Made by a program: the position numbers and the translations under genes
The notes under the pieces: generated by a model
Seen by the model: only the letters and a program-made list of their open reading frames with translations
Database searches by the model: none
What the model was told of the DNA's origin: nothing
Shown: piece after piece, positions 10,190-22,400 of the stretch
Layout: each line of letters starts with the position of its first letter
How positions within the stretch are numbered: the first letter of the stretch is position 1
Assembly (NCBI GenBank): GCA_950097015.1
Contig: CATNEN010000008.1
Coordinates: forward strand, 1,674,001 to 1,738,000
Direction: 5' to 3'
DNA from: Macrostomum hystrix
Taxonomy: Eukaryota > Animalia > Platyhelminthes
DNA: 64,000 nucleotides

Positions 10190-13100
10190 TCGCGAAAAAA
10201 AAGTGCTACTTGAATTAGCACTACTTCCACCCGCTAAAGGACATATTTTCGCAAACAAAGGCAAATGGGAGTCTTTTTTAGCGAATGTATAACTTAAAGT
10301 AGTCTTAATGTTTATTTTTTTGATGGTAATAAGGACGAATTATATTTACGATAGCGTATATAAGTTGTCGAATTAAATTGTAACTACTTTATACGACAAT
10401 GCTTACTATTTCATATGGTATTTTCGCTAAAGTTTGCCGCTTAATAGTTACGTAGGTATATTTTCGAGTATATTTTCGCGAAAATACTGATATGTTGTCG
10501 AACGAGGGAAAATGCAGTATTTTACCATAGACATTTCACCGAGTAGTTTTTCTGCAAATTGCGAAAAGTATTGATGAATGCTATTCATGAAGGTATTTTC
10601 GAAAAATAATAATAACGAGTTCTAAATGGAAAGTAAATACAGTATTTTGCGAAAAAACTGATATGTTCTTAAACGAAGGTAAGGGCAGTATTTTTGCAAA
10701 AGTTCTTGAAGTAGCGTGCATGGCTACATCTTATGGTATTTTCGCAAAAGTACATACGTATTCTCAGACGAAGTGTCAATTGTACTTTTTTACCATAGAC
10801 ACATTTAGTATTTCTGCAAATTGCCAAGAGTCATGAATTTACTTTTTTCGCAATAAGACTACTGTGTATACTATATTGAATACTTATAAAGGAAAAACAA
10901 TGGCAGTTTTTGCGAAAGTACTAACGATAGGATGACGAATATATTTTTCGCAAAAATGCTGATATGCTCTCAAAGAAGTTAACGGCAGCATTATGCAGCA
11001 GGCAGTACTCAAAGAATTTATGATTATTATTTTCTCAATATTTTTGCGAAAAACATTGCCTAAAACGCAAACGCCTTTGAGTACGGTAAAAATGATGTAT
11101 TTATGCGAAAGTACTTTGAGTATCTGTGATGAATATTTCTAATGGTAATCAAATAACCAAATAAGACTTTGTTGATTGCTTGAACTATATTAAGCAATGA
11201 TTGCTTAAAATATATTAACTTATTTATTTGCTTATTATTTACGTCAGAATTTGCAAATTACAACTTGTGTACTCATGTACGAGTTAACATTTATTAAGCC
11301 AACACGGGTGCTACTGACAGCGATCAATGTTCTGACTGAGAAGTAGATGGTATGGCAGACGATGCATTTTTTGGAATTGTAGAGTTGTAAAATATGTTTT
11401 TGCTTAACGCGCTACTTAAAGTAATGTCACAAGGAAACCTCAGCCATAACGTTTAATCTAATTTTAGAAATGAGTCATGCGCTATTTTTAGAAACAAAGT
11501 CATGTGACATGAAACCGGAGAACCGGTTCTCGACAGCTGTATTTGCTTGAATTCCAAATAAGGTAATGTTCACCTGAAAAACCCCCAAAACGCAGCTGAA
11601 CAAACAAGTTTGACCTCACTGTGCAAACATGTATGCCCAATGTAAACACCCGGTCCTAAGCCGGTTTGCCCCAAAATTTTACTATAAATATAAGCGAAAA
11701 TCCGAGCTGAGAATTCAGACTCGGAGCGGTCCACCGGACTTTAAAACACCTTACGAAGAAGAGGACTCATATCTGAGGGAATGACAAGTGGTAAGCGCTT
11801 TACTAGACAGAGTTATTTATTGCTAGCAATAGTTTTTGAATTGAACTAAGTTTACGAGAGCCACATATCGTCGATACATTTGAGAAAGGCCTCCTTTGTT
11901 TCCTAGGATACATTCCTAGAGGATTATTGATGGATTTGATTTGAGTTATCCGTTATCTTTCGGAGGTAACGATGAAGACGCCCTTCTGTAGGACCTATTA
12001 GAGATATACAAGAGAGATTTCAATTGTTCACTAGGGCGCACGTTTTTATTGTGAATTCTGAGCTCGAGGAAACCGACAAGTAATCTGATTTGCTCTCGTC
12101 ATTTATTGGCCAACAGACAAACTCAAGCAGCTGCCAGGAAGACAAAGAAGACAAGACTACAAAGACTCAAGAAACACAGACTCGAAACGTCACGGTCGAC
12201 CAGAATAAGAAGAAGAACAAGGACTACAACGACCCAGAAGACTACAAACTACTTAAGGAATAAGAAGCAATTGCAGTAAGTGTCACGTGACTGTTATAAA
12301 TTCCTAGGCAATTGTTCCCCATTGTCTAGAAGTGGGAGTTTCGTGTGTCTGATCAACACACAAAACTCTTCAGCATGTGTACAGCATAGGACTGTCCCGC
12401 AGAAGACGATCCCGCAGAAGACGCACACACGACAATAGACAGCTCAATGTTTGCACCCGCGTCTATCGAATCAGACGAAGAGTCGGATGATATTCCATAC
12501 AGTATTCGCCTCAATGTGATACGATGCAGTCGCTGCGGGTCGTCCAACCTCCGGAATTGTGCTCCAATCAAAACTCGAAACGAAGTCTGAATGATTTGTA
12601 ATAAAGTGCCTTACAACATTCGTCTTCCGAATTGAAGCTTTGCAGACTGGGCACGTATCCATTTCGCTGGTTGTTATTTAATGCTGTTGCAAACTGCTTA
12701 TAACGGAGAAATTTTACACAGATTTGTAAGCGAGAGCGCTCGGCTTCTGACTTAAGCTTCTGTCGTGACCCGTACGACCGTTTTATCACATAAACTATCA
12801 TTCTAGGTTTGTCTATGTTGAAATAGCACAATATCGAACTCATAATATATTTAACGTTGCTATATTGTCTACTCATTGTAGAGTAGGTAGTTTCGAACAG
12901 AATATGAACATAAACACGAATAATTAATTGATTTCTGATTTATGTCCACAATTTCAATCTGTATGTTAAGAAAGCACTTAAATTAGTGTTGATTATTCCA
13001 GAGGTATTTCCGCGAAAGTACATATATATTCGCAAACGAAGGTTAATGTAGTCTTTGCAAAAATACTTTAGTGCTAATACGTTTACTGTTTCTGATGGTA

Positions 13101-13345
13101 TTTTCGCGAAAACACGGATGTATTTTGAAACAATGGTCAAGTACTGCCGTGCAAAATTACCTGAGACAAGACATTATCAAACAACCTTAAAAAAGTAGAT
13201 TCGAAAAAGTACTTAAAGTACTGCTGATTAATATTTATGTTTTTGCGAAATACAGATACCTATTCAAGGGAAGGTATAATAGTAATTTTGCAAAAGTACT
13301 TTAAGTACTTCGGTTACATTTGATGATATTTTCGCAAAAGGCTTA
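10190..13345. repeat. degenerate dispersed repeats built on the palindrome TTTTCGCGAAAA (probable subterminal repeats of a CACTA-type element)
   Basis: Many TATTTTCGC(G/A)AAA(A/T)AC variants at 10190-11120 and 12990-13340, with further copies at 9270-9395 and 13710-13920. Confidence 0.6.
12471..12662 (-). pseudogene. short C2H2/BED-like zinc finger fragment, probably transposon-associated
   Basis: CPVCKASIRKTNVVRHFITNH shows CxxC...HxxxxH spacing. Confidence 0.35.
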
Positions 13346-13412
13346 AGTGCAGTACCATTGTTTATACAGGGCTAAGTGTTGTGGGTTTCGTTACGATAAT
13401 TCCGTAAATAGT

Positions 13413-13539
13413 TTTCTAGAACTTTCTACCACTTGTTATAACACTCTGTTGTTTCCAGAATCTTCTCTGCGCCTCCCCCGCGGGCTATCTATGAGAACTT
13501 TCTAGAAAGTTCTCCCACTCGCTCCCCAGGCTATAAATA
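13413..13539 (+). promoter_or_regulatory. heat-shock promoter: three perfect HSEs plus TATA box
   Basis: tTTCt-aGAAc-tTTCt (13413-13427), tTTCc-aGAAt-cTTCt (13452-13466), aGAAc-tTTCt-aGAAa-gTTCt (13494-13513, within a 22-bp perfect palindrome), then TATAAATA at 13532-13539. Confidence 0.88.
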
Positions 13540-14201
13540 GAAACCCCGCGCGGTGCACACACTCAAAAATGCTTTCCAGTATTTAATAATACTGCTGTTA
13601 CAAATATACGCTATCCAGTCGACTGCCGAGTGCTCCTTTCGGCGCTATACTTACATTTACCAACACTACAATTGGAATCTCTGTATTCGTTACTTCAAGA
13701 ATACAACACTAAGTATTTTCGCGAAAGTAAATTTTCGCGTTCTTTTGCGAAAGAACGAAGGTAAACTTGTTAGTCCATCCATGCAAACTCGGTGCATTCG
13801 CGAAAGCACAATGAAATGGTTCCAGAAGGACAAAGTGATATATATATATTAGTACTTTCGCAAACACGACTACATGCTCCGCAGTGCCCCAGGTCTTTCG
13901 ACATATTTTCGCGAAATCAGTCACCACGTTGAGTCAGACTGAAGAATTTTCCGCCCATTTGAAAACTGAAGATATTGTCCGCCCATAGACTTCTATTGAA
14001 AACTAAAGATATTATTCGAACTTCGTTCTTAAGCTTTGCCTAGTTTGCTTAATGCTCGACTGTCAAGTTCATCGCATTGACTCTTTTGATGGAATATGGC
14101 ACTAAACTGTTCAGCACCAGATCGAAATAGCCATAGAACGGCACTTCGATAAGATCATTGCGTACGAAAATGTTCTAGCTCAAATTTATCGAACCGATTT
14201 T

Positions 14202-14870
14202 TTGAACTCCGACGTAGCTAAAGAGTTAGAGTCTTGTGTTTCAGCTTCTGTTTTTCACTTGTATTTTCTACTTCCAGCTGATGGTGCGAATTTTTTCAAG
14301 GCATCAGACATGTCAGTCTGGCCTTTCTGCGCAATATGCCTTAATTTGCCTTGTGAAGTGCGGCAAAAATTCGTTAACATGATAACCCTAGCTCTTTTTG
14401 CTAGTCGAGGTAAGAGAGACTTTGAAACCTACTTGCCGTCGATTCTGAAGCAGTTACCCACCTTTGTCATTGTCAGAGACATTTTATTCTTCATTTTTCT
14501 TTCTTTAACTGCGATTTGCCCGCTATCTCACCTTTTCGGAATAAAGCAGTTCAATTGAGAATTCTCGTGCCCTAAATGCCTGTCCGCTGGCAAGTCTTTA
14601 AAGGTGTCGGAAAGAGGATCCGTTCGAGTTTTTCCTAATGTTCAAGACATTCCTCTTCGAACTCGAACACACGCCTTGCATTTGCATCACCTTAAAGTTC
14701 TCAAGACTCAAGCACTTTCATGGCATTTTGGAATCAAGCGTGAAGCAGTCTTGCTTAAGATCATTAAGTTTCCCGATCACTTTGTTGTAGACTCGATGCA
14801 CTGCTTATGGGAAGGACAAGTTTACCACATTCTGTCCTACTTAACAGATCCTAAAACCGTGTGTAGTGTC
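14202..14870 (+). pseudogene. EnSpm/CACTA (Transposase_21-like) transposase fragments
   Basis: DGANFFKAS..SVWP..ICLNLP..VRQK..NMI, GIKQFN..FSCPKC..G, IPLRT, FGIK...FPDHFVVDSMHCLWEG. These are hallmark motifs of animal CACTA transposases, split by frameshifts. Confidence 0.8.
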
Positions 14871-16499
14871 AGCTTGTTTGTACTTCTATCTCCCCGTGTT
14901 ATTTTTCAGTGTTTAATTGTCTATTTTTAGACGCGTGTGTTTTTTTGCTAAGAGTTCATCCACGCCAAGCCGGGCCGAACCAGCTGGGGGAACGGACGCC
15001 CACCACCCCGCGAGCACTACCCCTGGGCTACGGTCCCGGCCAATCAGCGAGCGACCTGGCCTCACTACCTGTCTACCCTCGGCAAGAAGCCACCCCGGGG
15101 CTCAGAACGGCGGTCGCAAGTCTACTGTGGTTTGTCGCCTTGGATCAAGCTACAGCCAGGCATCCACCTCGCCGATCGACCTAATTTGGGGTTAAAATGA
15201 CTCTATATAACGAAGCGTGCTTTTGTAGTCCAAATTATCTTTCTCTCTCTTGTCTTCGCAATTCGCCTCACACTGTGAGAAGCACGTGCAAATTATCGTT
15301 CTCTGCAATTCGCCTCACACTGTGAGAAGCACGTGCAAACTAAGTCCACTTGTTTTGTCCCTCCCCGCCCGACCACACTCCGCTTGTTCAGTTAGGTAGC
15401 TTTCGGCGCTACGCGTCTTGAGAGTGCGCCGCTGACAAGGGTGGTCTAGATAGGCGCTGGTTGTCGAAGTCAGTACGTGCTCTCTTCGGAGACTCCGCCG
15501 TCAGGCAGAAGGAGTGCCAACCGATAGGATCTGTCGGGGCAGCGCTGAAAGCAGAGACAACCGGAGCCTCTCGGGAAGAGTAGGGCGCGGATTAGGCCAG
15601 TTAAGTAAAAATTGTTATATCCAAATTGTTAGGCCAGGCTTGCTTCTCACTGTGAGCGCGCTATGATTTAATTCCGTGCGAACATCTATCTGTCAGTATA
15701 ACTTTTTAAGTCAAGTAAACTATATTCAAAGTAATTCCTATTCGTATCTGGAATCTGAGTCACAGCTGATCAAATCACTTCTAATCAAATTAGTCGAGTC
15801 TTGTGTTCACACTGTGTTATTCCTTTTTCATTGGGAGTTTCGCCGGGCCGGAGGACGACACGCGGGTCTCTTCGCTTATTCCACTCGCTCGCAACCGCAG
15901 TCTCTAACGCTATTTAATTCCAGATTTCCCTGCTGCTATTGAAACGATTGGTAGGACACCGACCCCGGTGAATAGTGAATAGTCGCTAGCTTTAAAAACT
16001 TCTCTCGCTCCAGCTAGGACATTCATTTTATTACACGTGATTAACAATAATATTCTATTGCGATCTGCCACTATTAATGCTGTTGATGCTTCACTATATT
16101 GTGTCTACGGCTTCCTCAAGGCGTAGATAGTGTACCCCCTTTAAGTAAGCGTTCTCAGTAGAAAGCAGTCATTCAAGCTTTATGCGCTGTATCTTCTTCC
16201 CATTGTTCTTTTGCCTAGGATTGAAAGCTCAATTTTTAAAGCCGTGCTTCTTCTTCTTAATTCAATTTATTCACTACTGTATTCACCAAATTCTTGTGTT
16301 TCAACTTTAAACTATCTTTGTCAGCTATTTCTCGACCTATGCCCAGAGTTTTTTCCGAGCGTATATTGCTCCCTAACTTTCACCTTCTCTCTCATTTACC
16401 TGCTCAGTACGCACGATTTGGCCCCTTACATTGCGCTTCCATGTTTACTTTTGAGTCAGCAACGAATTGTTTCAATATGACAATATGTTGCATTTTGGA

Positions 16500-18415
16500 A
16501 GTCGTTTTCATGGCCATCAAATCTATATTTTCCGCCCTATGTAGTGCTCAAATGGGTTGTTTTTGCACAAAATCACGTTTTTCGATTTTGAGAGTCAATT
16601 ATAAAATTTTTATGCAACTGACAGACGTGAATGTCACTTTTTCTGAGAGTAGTCATCTAGATGTTTCTAATAAGTGCTAATATGGGTCATTCTTATGCTT
16701 CACCTATCCTTAGTATAGGTACAAAGTCATTATTTCATTTCCAGCAAGTCACGTGACCTGGCCTGAGGTGTACAATGCATCGTGCAATGCCAGCGAACAT
16801 ACACTCAAATTAAAGCACTTTTTAAATGCTAATTATTGACACCACACTGAAGGCCTGGCGTAGCATCGTTAATAAATGGCAGCGTGAAATATAGCAAAAA
16901 AACGCATAACACCGGAACCTCGTAATTCGGTAAATGTTATTAGCGTAAAAATACGAATTTTCGCACACTAACGAAGATAGCAGTCATCTGTACGTGTTTA
17001 CTGTGCACAATAGTGCTCTTGGAAGCTAAGAACCTCATAGCGAAAATCAATAAGTTTTTCACCCTATGTGTGTTCATATATGGGTTGTTTTTGCACAAAA
17101 TCACGTTTTTTGATTTTAAAAGTAAATTATAACAAAATTTTGCAACTGACAGACGTGTATATCATTTTTTCTGACAGTAGTCATCTAGGTGTTTCTAATA
17201 AGTACAAATTTTGGCTCATTCTTACGCTTCACCTATCCTTAGTATAGGTACAAAGTCATTATTTCATTTCCAGCAAGTCACGTGACCTGACCTGAGGTGT
17301 ACAACGCATCGTGCAATGACAGCGAACATACATTCAAATTAAAGTACATCTAAAATGTAGTTCAATGACACCAAGTGCGTCGCGCTACGGTAATCCGCTC
17401 AAAAGTTACAGGCTAAAAAGTATGTTCGATATGCAAGCCCCCCGTACCGTCGTTAAAGTACATTTCTGTACCGGAATCGACTTCAATAAACTAAGACGAA
17501 ATTTCAAGATATACATATTGTGCGCAATTTAGTTGTGCACCTTGCCTAAAAAGTCTGATTTTCCTAGCATGTCGTCGTTTCTTATTTTTTGTACATTTGT
17601 ATCATGAAAAATGCATAAAAATAGCCTAAATCACGTTTATCGACTTTAGCAGTGTATGGCTCAGAGTCAGTGCAACGAAACGGCTCAAAATGTATTATAA
17701 ACATGTAGATCTTACCTAAATGACCGCATTCATGTACTTTTTAGAGTCTCGCAACAAGGTTGAATTTCCTTTATTTCGGTTCGAATACCTACCCGTCGAA
17801 TATTCGAATGTAATTAACAGGTGCGAATGTACAGTTAAAGTGAGTATCTTGGTTAAAGTCGTGCGTCATGTAAGAGTCCTAGGTGCCATCGTAAGAATGA
17901 CGCAGCTCAAAGGTCGCGCTGACGCGTGACCTTTGAGCTGCGTCAGTTGAAAGTTGAAAAAATGCGCATTTTTTGACACTTAAAAAACACACTTTTACAG
18001 AATTACCTATCAAGGTAAGCATTTAGCGGAAAATAACCAATCAGTGTCTTGAAGGTCTGAAAATTCGCCAAAAGTTGGGTTCAATCAATTTTTGACTCCA
18101 TTTTGTGAATCCTTATTTTTTGAGATTCAAGATTTCGACGGGTCTAAAAAAAGTCACTTTTTTGTTGCCATGGCAACCAAGACGCGTTGCTATGGAACTT
18201 TCACGTCGCTCATCTTGTAGCCCTAAATGTTTTACGTCCATTGAGGGGTCACACATGGTTTCATCTGAAGTGGTTTTAATTCTGCATCAATTTTAGTTTC
18301 TAAAACGTTGATTTTACGTTGGGGGAGTCTCCGGGCTATCTTATCTCGGTCTCGTTTGTCCGCAAAAATTGCCAACGAGGAGCGAAGCGAGCACTTCGAC
18401 CTAACTAGGCTAGTA
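16500..18415 (+). repeat. non-autonomous Helitron-like repeat with an internal ~280-bp direct duplication; related copy at 26.1-27.2 kb
   Basis: 16538-16818 is repeated at 17065-17345. The hairpin CAGCTCAAAG...CTTTGAGCTG and GTTGCCATGGCAAC are shared with 26660-26950. It ends in GCGAAGCGAGC...CTAGT. Confidence 0.5.
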
Positions 18416-18672
18416 ATGAAGATGTGATCTTCATTGAGATGAGAGAGCAAAGTACTCGTATTTTGCCCAAAGTTTCTTGCCTGAAAAGTTTAAATAAGCC
18501 ATTAACAGCACAGCTAATGACTCATAAATTGAAAGTAGATTGAGGGAAAATGCAAACTATAAGAATCCACATGCTGTTGGTTGATGCTTAACGGTAAATT
18601 TCGACAACTGCATACCCACAGTCTGGGTATGCAGTATGCTGCTGCTGTTGTTGTTGTTGTTGTTGCCGGCGC

Positions 18673-19100
18673 TCACGCCGAGGGGGGCGGGCTGAGACCC
18701 GTCCTCCTCGCCAGCGTGACCACGGCTGCTGGACTGGTAGCGAGGACTTCAAGCTGGGGCACTGGCGTCCCAAACACTGCCGTCCTGACGGCGTACAGTG
18801 CCGGGCATTCCGCCAGCCAGTGCTCCACGGTTTCGGGCGCCTCTCCGCAGCGCTGGCAGGTGGGGTCCGCTGCTGGGTTAACCACCTGGCTGTAGGCGCG
18901 GAGGGCGCTGCAGTGGCCCGCTCTGAGGCGGGCGAGGAGGACGGCGTCCCGGCGGCAGCTGATCTCACGGCGGTCGCGTTCCTTCGAGTGACCGGCATAT
19001 GCGAGCGCCGTGCGGGCGTGCTGTCGCGGGGGGTCCACGATGGAGCGGCTGATGAGTGCTCTGGCGCAGGCAAAGGTCGCCGGCAGCGGCGCGGGACCTG
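18673..19100 (-). pseudogene. C-terminal part of the Ingi ORF with CCHC zinc knuckle
   Basis: LARLRAGHC...CQRCGEAPETVEHWLAEC, followed by the (CAA)n tail. Confidence 0.88.
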
Positions 19101-19111
19101 GCCTTCCCCGT

Positions 19112-19442
19112 CACGTAGCTGACGTCCGCCCGGCACCAGACACGCAACCGCAGCCTCCTGGGGTGGAGCGAGCTGTCGAGCGGGATGCCGAACCACGACG
19201 GTCTAATAGGGTGAAGTCGGCGCCGGTCCGTTACGAACCTTGATCTCTTGTGATCCGGAGATCAGGGGGTGATGTGTTGTACTTTCATTATTTAGAAACT
19301 AGTATTTGACCGTTGCAGCTAAATATCCCATAGACAATTCGTTCTACCTGTTTGTTTGCGAGGACCGCGTTAAGAGTGTTTGCGGCTCTAGCTTTCGTGC
19401 TAACCCCGGGCTTTGCTATCTACACAAATACATTAGACCACA
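19112..19442 (+). mobile_element. 3' remnant of a Ty3/Gypsy element (integrase tail, PPT, 170-bp LTR) inside the Ingi
   Basis: PRRSNRVKSAPVRYEP* is a typical integrase tail. It is followed by the purine tract AGGGGGTGA and an LTR TGTG...CACA at 19273-19442. Confidence 0.75.
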
Positions 19443-19444
19443 AG

Positions 19445-22400
19445 CTATCGCGACTGCAGGGTGGTGGGCCCGCGGCGCTCGTTTAGCAGCCTGCAGAGAG
19501 GCAGTACGCTCGGGTTCAGGCTGTCCAGGGCGGTCAAGAGGGCCCGGCTGTCGGTGGCGATGGTGACCTGCCCCTCCGGGCCGTGGTCAGCCAGCCAGCG
19601 CAGGGCGCAAGACATGGCCTGCAGCTCCTCCTGGAAAGAAGAGGTCAGCTCGTGGCCTCGACCGCTCGCCTGGAACTGGGCCACCGGGAGCTCCGGGTCG
19701 CCGGTCGTAACGGCGAAGGCATGAGCGCCGTTCCTGGTGCCCTCGGCTGCTGAGCCGTCGGTATAAATGGTGACAATGCCCTGGTGACTGCGGATGGCTT
19801 CAACTGCGGCGCGGCGGAGGGCCGGCTGGCTTTCTTCCTTGGTGAGGCCGCCAGGCAGGTCGCAGCAGACCCGCCAGCCCGCCCGGCTGAGTTCCCAGGG
19901 CGGCAGGTCGGTGCGGGTGAAAGGAGCACGGGAGGCCAGGGCGGGTGGGAGCGACGCCGCCAGCAGATTGGCGGCGCGGCGCCAGCTGGAGCGCACGAGG
20001 CGATGTGGTGTCACTCCTGAGGCGGCGAGGCGGGCCGGGTGCGAGTCGGGTAGGCGGAGGGCGCGCTCCAGGCTGGTGGTGCGGTAGGTCGGGAGGCCCG
20101 CTTCCGCGTGGAGGGCCTCGAGCGGGGAGGACCTCAGCTGGCCGGTGACAATGCGCAGGGCCGAGTTCTGCGCGCGCTCCAGGCGGTCGAAAACGGTGTC
20201 CGAGAGCCAGGGCTGCCAAGCGGGGGCGGCGAAATTGAGCACGCTCTGCTGCATCGCGAGGTAGCAGCGGCGGAGCGACTCCTTGCACCAGCCCCAGTCT
20301 CTGGCGGCCAGGCACATCAGCATGCGGTTGCGGGCTGCAACGCGGCGGGTGACCTCTGTCACATGCTTGGAGAAAGACAGGACGCGGTCCAGGAAGACGC
20401 CCAGGAAGCGCGGGGTGGCGTTGAAAGGCAGCTGGCGATTGTCGATGGAAACGGCGGGTTGCCATTCGGCCTCCTGGGTAGCGGTGGAGAAAAAGGCCAC
20501 CTCGCTCTTCTCCACGTTCAGGAGCATCTTTCGTGAGCTGCTCCAGGCGGCAACGGCAGTCACGGCGACTTGCAGTTGCTGAGCCGCTGTCGATTTGTCG
20601 TGGTGCTGGGCCAGGAGAGCGACGTCGTCGGCGTACATGGAGTTGGAGACGCCACGCGGGATGACTTCGACTACCTCATTGATGTACAGCAGGAAGAGGA
20701 GCGGGGCCAGGACAGAGCCTTGAGGCAGGCCCTGCCTCAGCCGAAAGCTGCGACTCTGGCTGCCGAGGATGTCGACACGGGCTTGTCTGTTCAGCAGGAA
20801 GCCGCCCGTCCAGCGCAGGAAGTGGCCGGGGATCCCTTTGTGATGCATGGAGAGCAGCAGCCGCTCGCGCCACACCCGGTCGTAGGCTCGCGAGTAGTCC
20901 AGCAGGGCCATGACCGCCCGCAAGGCCGGGCGGGCCTGGAAGCCGTCGCTGATCAGCTGCGTCACCCGGAGGACTAGGTCCTCACACGAGTGCAGCTGGC
21001 GGAACCCGGCCTGAGTGGGAGAGAGCCAGCCGCGCGTCTCGGCCAGGTGGTACAGCCTGGCGTGGACCATTCTCTCCAGGAGCTTGCCCACGCAGGAGGT
21101 GAGGCTGATCGGCCTGAAGGACGAGATGGCGCTCGCGGGCTTCCCGGATTTCAGGAGCGGGATGATGGTGGCGGTGCGCCAGCACTGCGGCGTCTGGCCT
21201 AGCCTGAAGGACAGGTTAAAAATATTCAGCAGGGCCGAGAGGGCCCTGGGCCCCAGGGGGGGAGCAGATTTGCCGACAAATTGTTGGGCAGCAGCGATGA
21301 TGGTGTCTTTGAGCTGGACTGCCTGGGTCTTGAGGCTGGCCGTCGGGTCGATGGCGGGCAGTGTTTCCTCTACAGCGGCCGAAAAGGCGCCCCAGTCGAC
21401 ACCGATGCGGCGCCAGCGGGGCCGGCCGTCTCTCCGGCGGATGGTGTCGACGCGGGAGGCCACCGTGATGAAGATCGGCAGGTGGTCGGAGCCGAGGTCC
21501 TCCCCAGTAGACCAGGAGCATCTGTCGGACCAGGTCTGGTGGACGAGCGAGACGTCTGGGGTGCTGCTCCCGCCTGTGCCGCGGTTGACGCGGGTGGCGG
21601 AGCCGTCGTTCAGCAGGCTCACCGGGTTCGAGGTGACCCAGTCCTCGAGGAGCTCGCCCTGTTGGTCAGGGGGCTGCTCGGAGTCCCACAGTGGAGAGTG
21701 CGCGTTGAGGTCACCGCAGAGGACGGTGTCGGTGAGGTCAGGAAGCCAAGCCCAGTCGGCAGGGACGGGCCCGTCTCTTGAGGGCGGACAGTAGACGTTG
21801 TGGATGGTGATCCACCGTTTGGCGCTAAGGCGGACGCGGATGGCCAGGGCTTCGGCAGGGGCCGGAGCAGTTGGTGCCGCGGTCCTCGTGAAGATGACGG
21901 ACTCATGGACCAGAAAAAGCAGGCCGCCTCCGGGGCGGCCGTCTGCGCGGTCTTGCCGGATCGCCGAGAAACCCCTGATGGAGGGCGTGGCGTGGGGCGA
22001 GCGCAGTTTGGTCTCCTGGATGGCTACGATGTCGACGTCAGCGCCATAAAGGCAGTGCTCGAGCTCTGCGACTTTGGGGGACAGGCCGTCCGCATTCCAC
22101 TGGAGGATGCGGAGCTTGTCACGGCTGGTCCCTGGGTGGGGCTCGTGCTTGTCAGCGGCAGGTGGGCTCGCCCGGGGAGGGGGCCGAGAGGAGCGCTGAC
22201 TGCAGTCGCTGCAGTTCCAGCCGGCCCGCCGGGTGGCAGACGCAGCGGCGCCCCGGGAGAGGCCGGAGCAGGCTTGGTGGAAGAGCGACGAGCAGGAGGA
22301 GCAGGTGAGCGGCGTGATGGTGCGCGCAAAACACTTAGCACAGCCTTGGCAGGATCTCGGTATCGTCCCCACCGGTCTCGGGGGCGGGGGGGCGAGAAGG

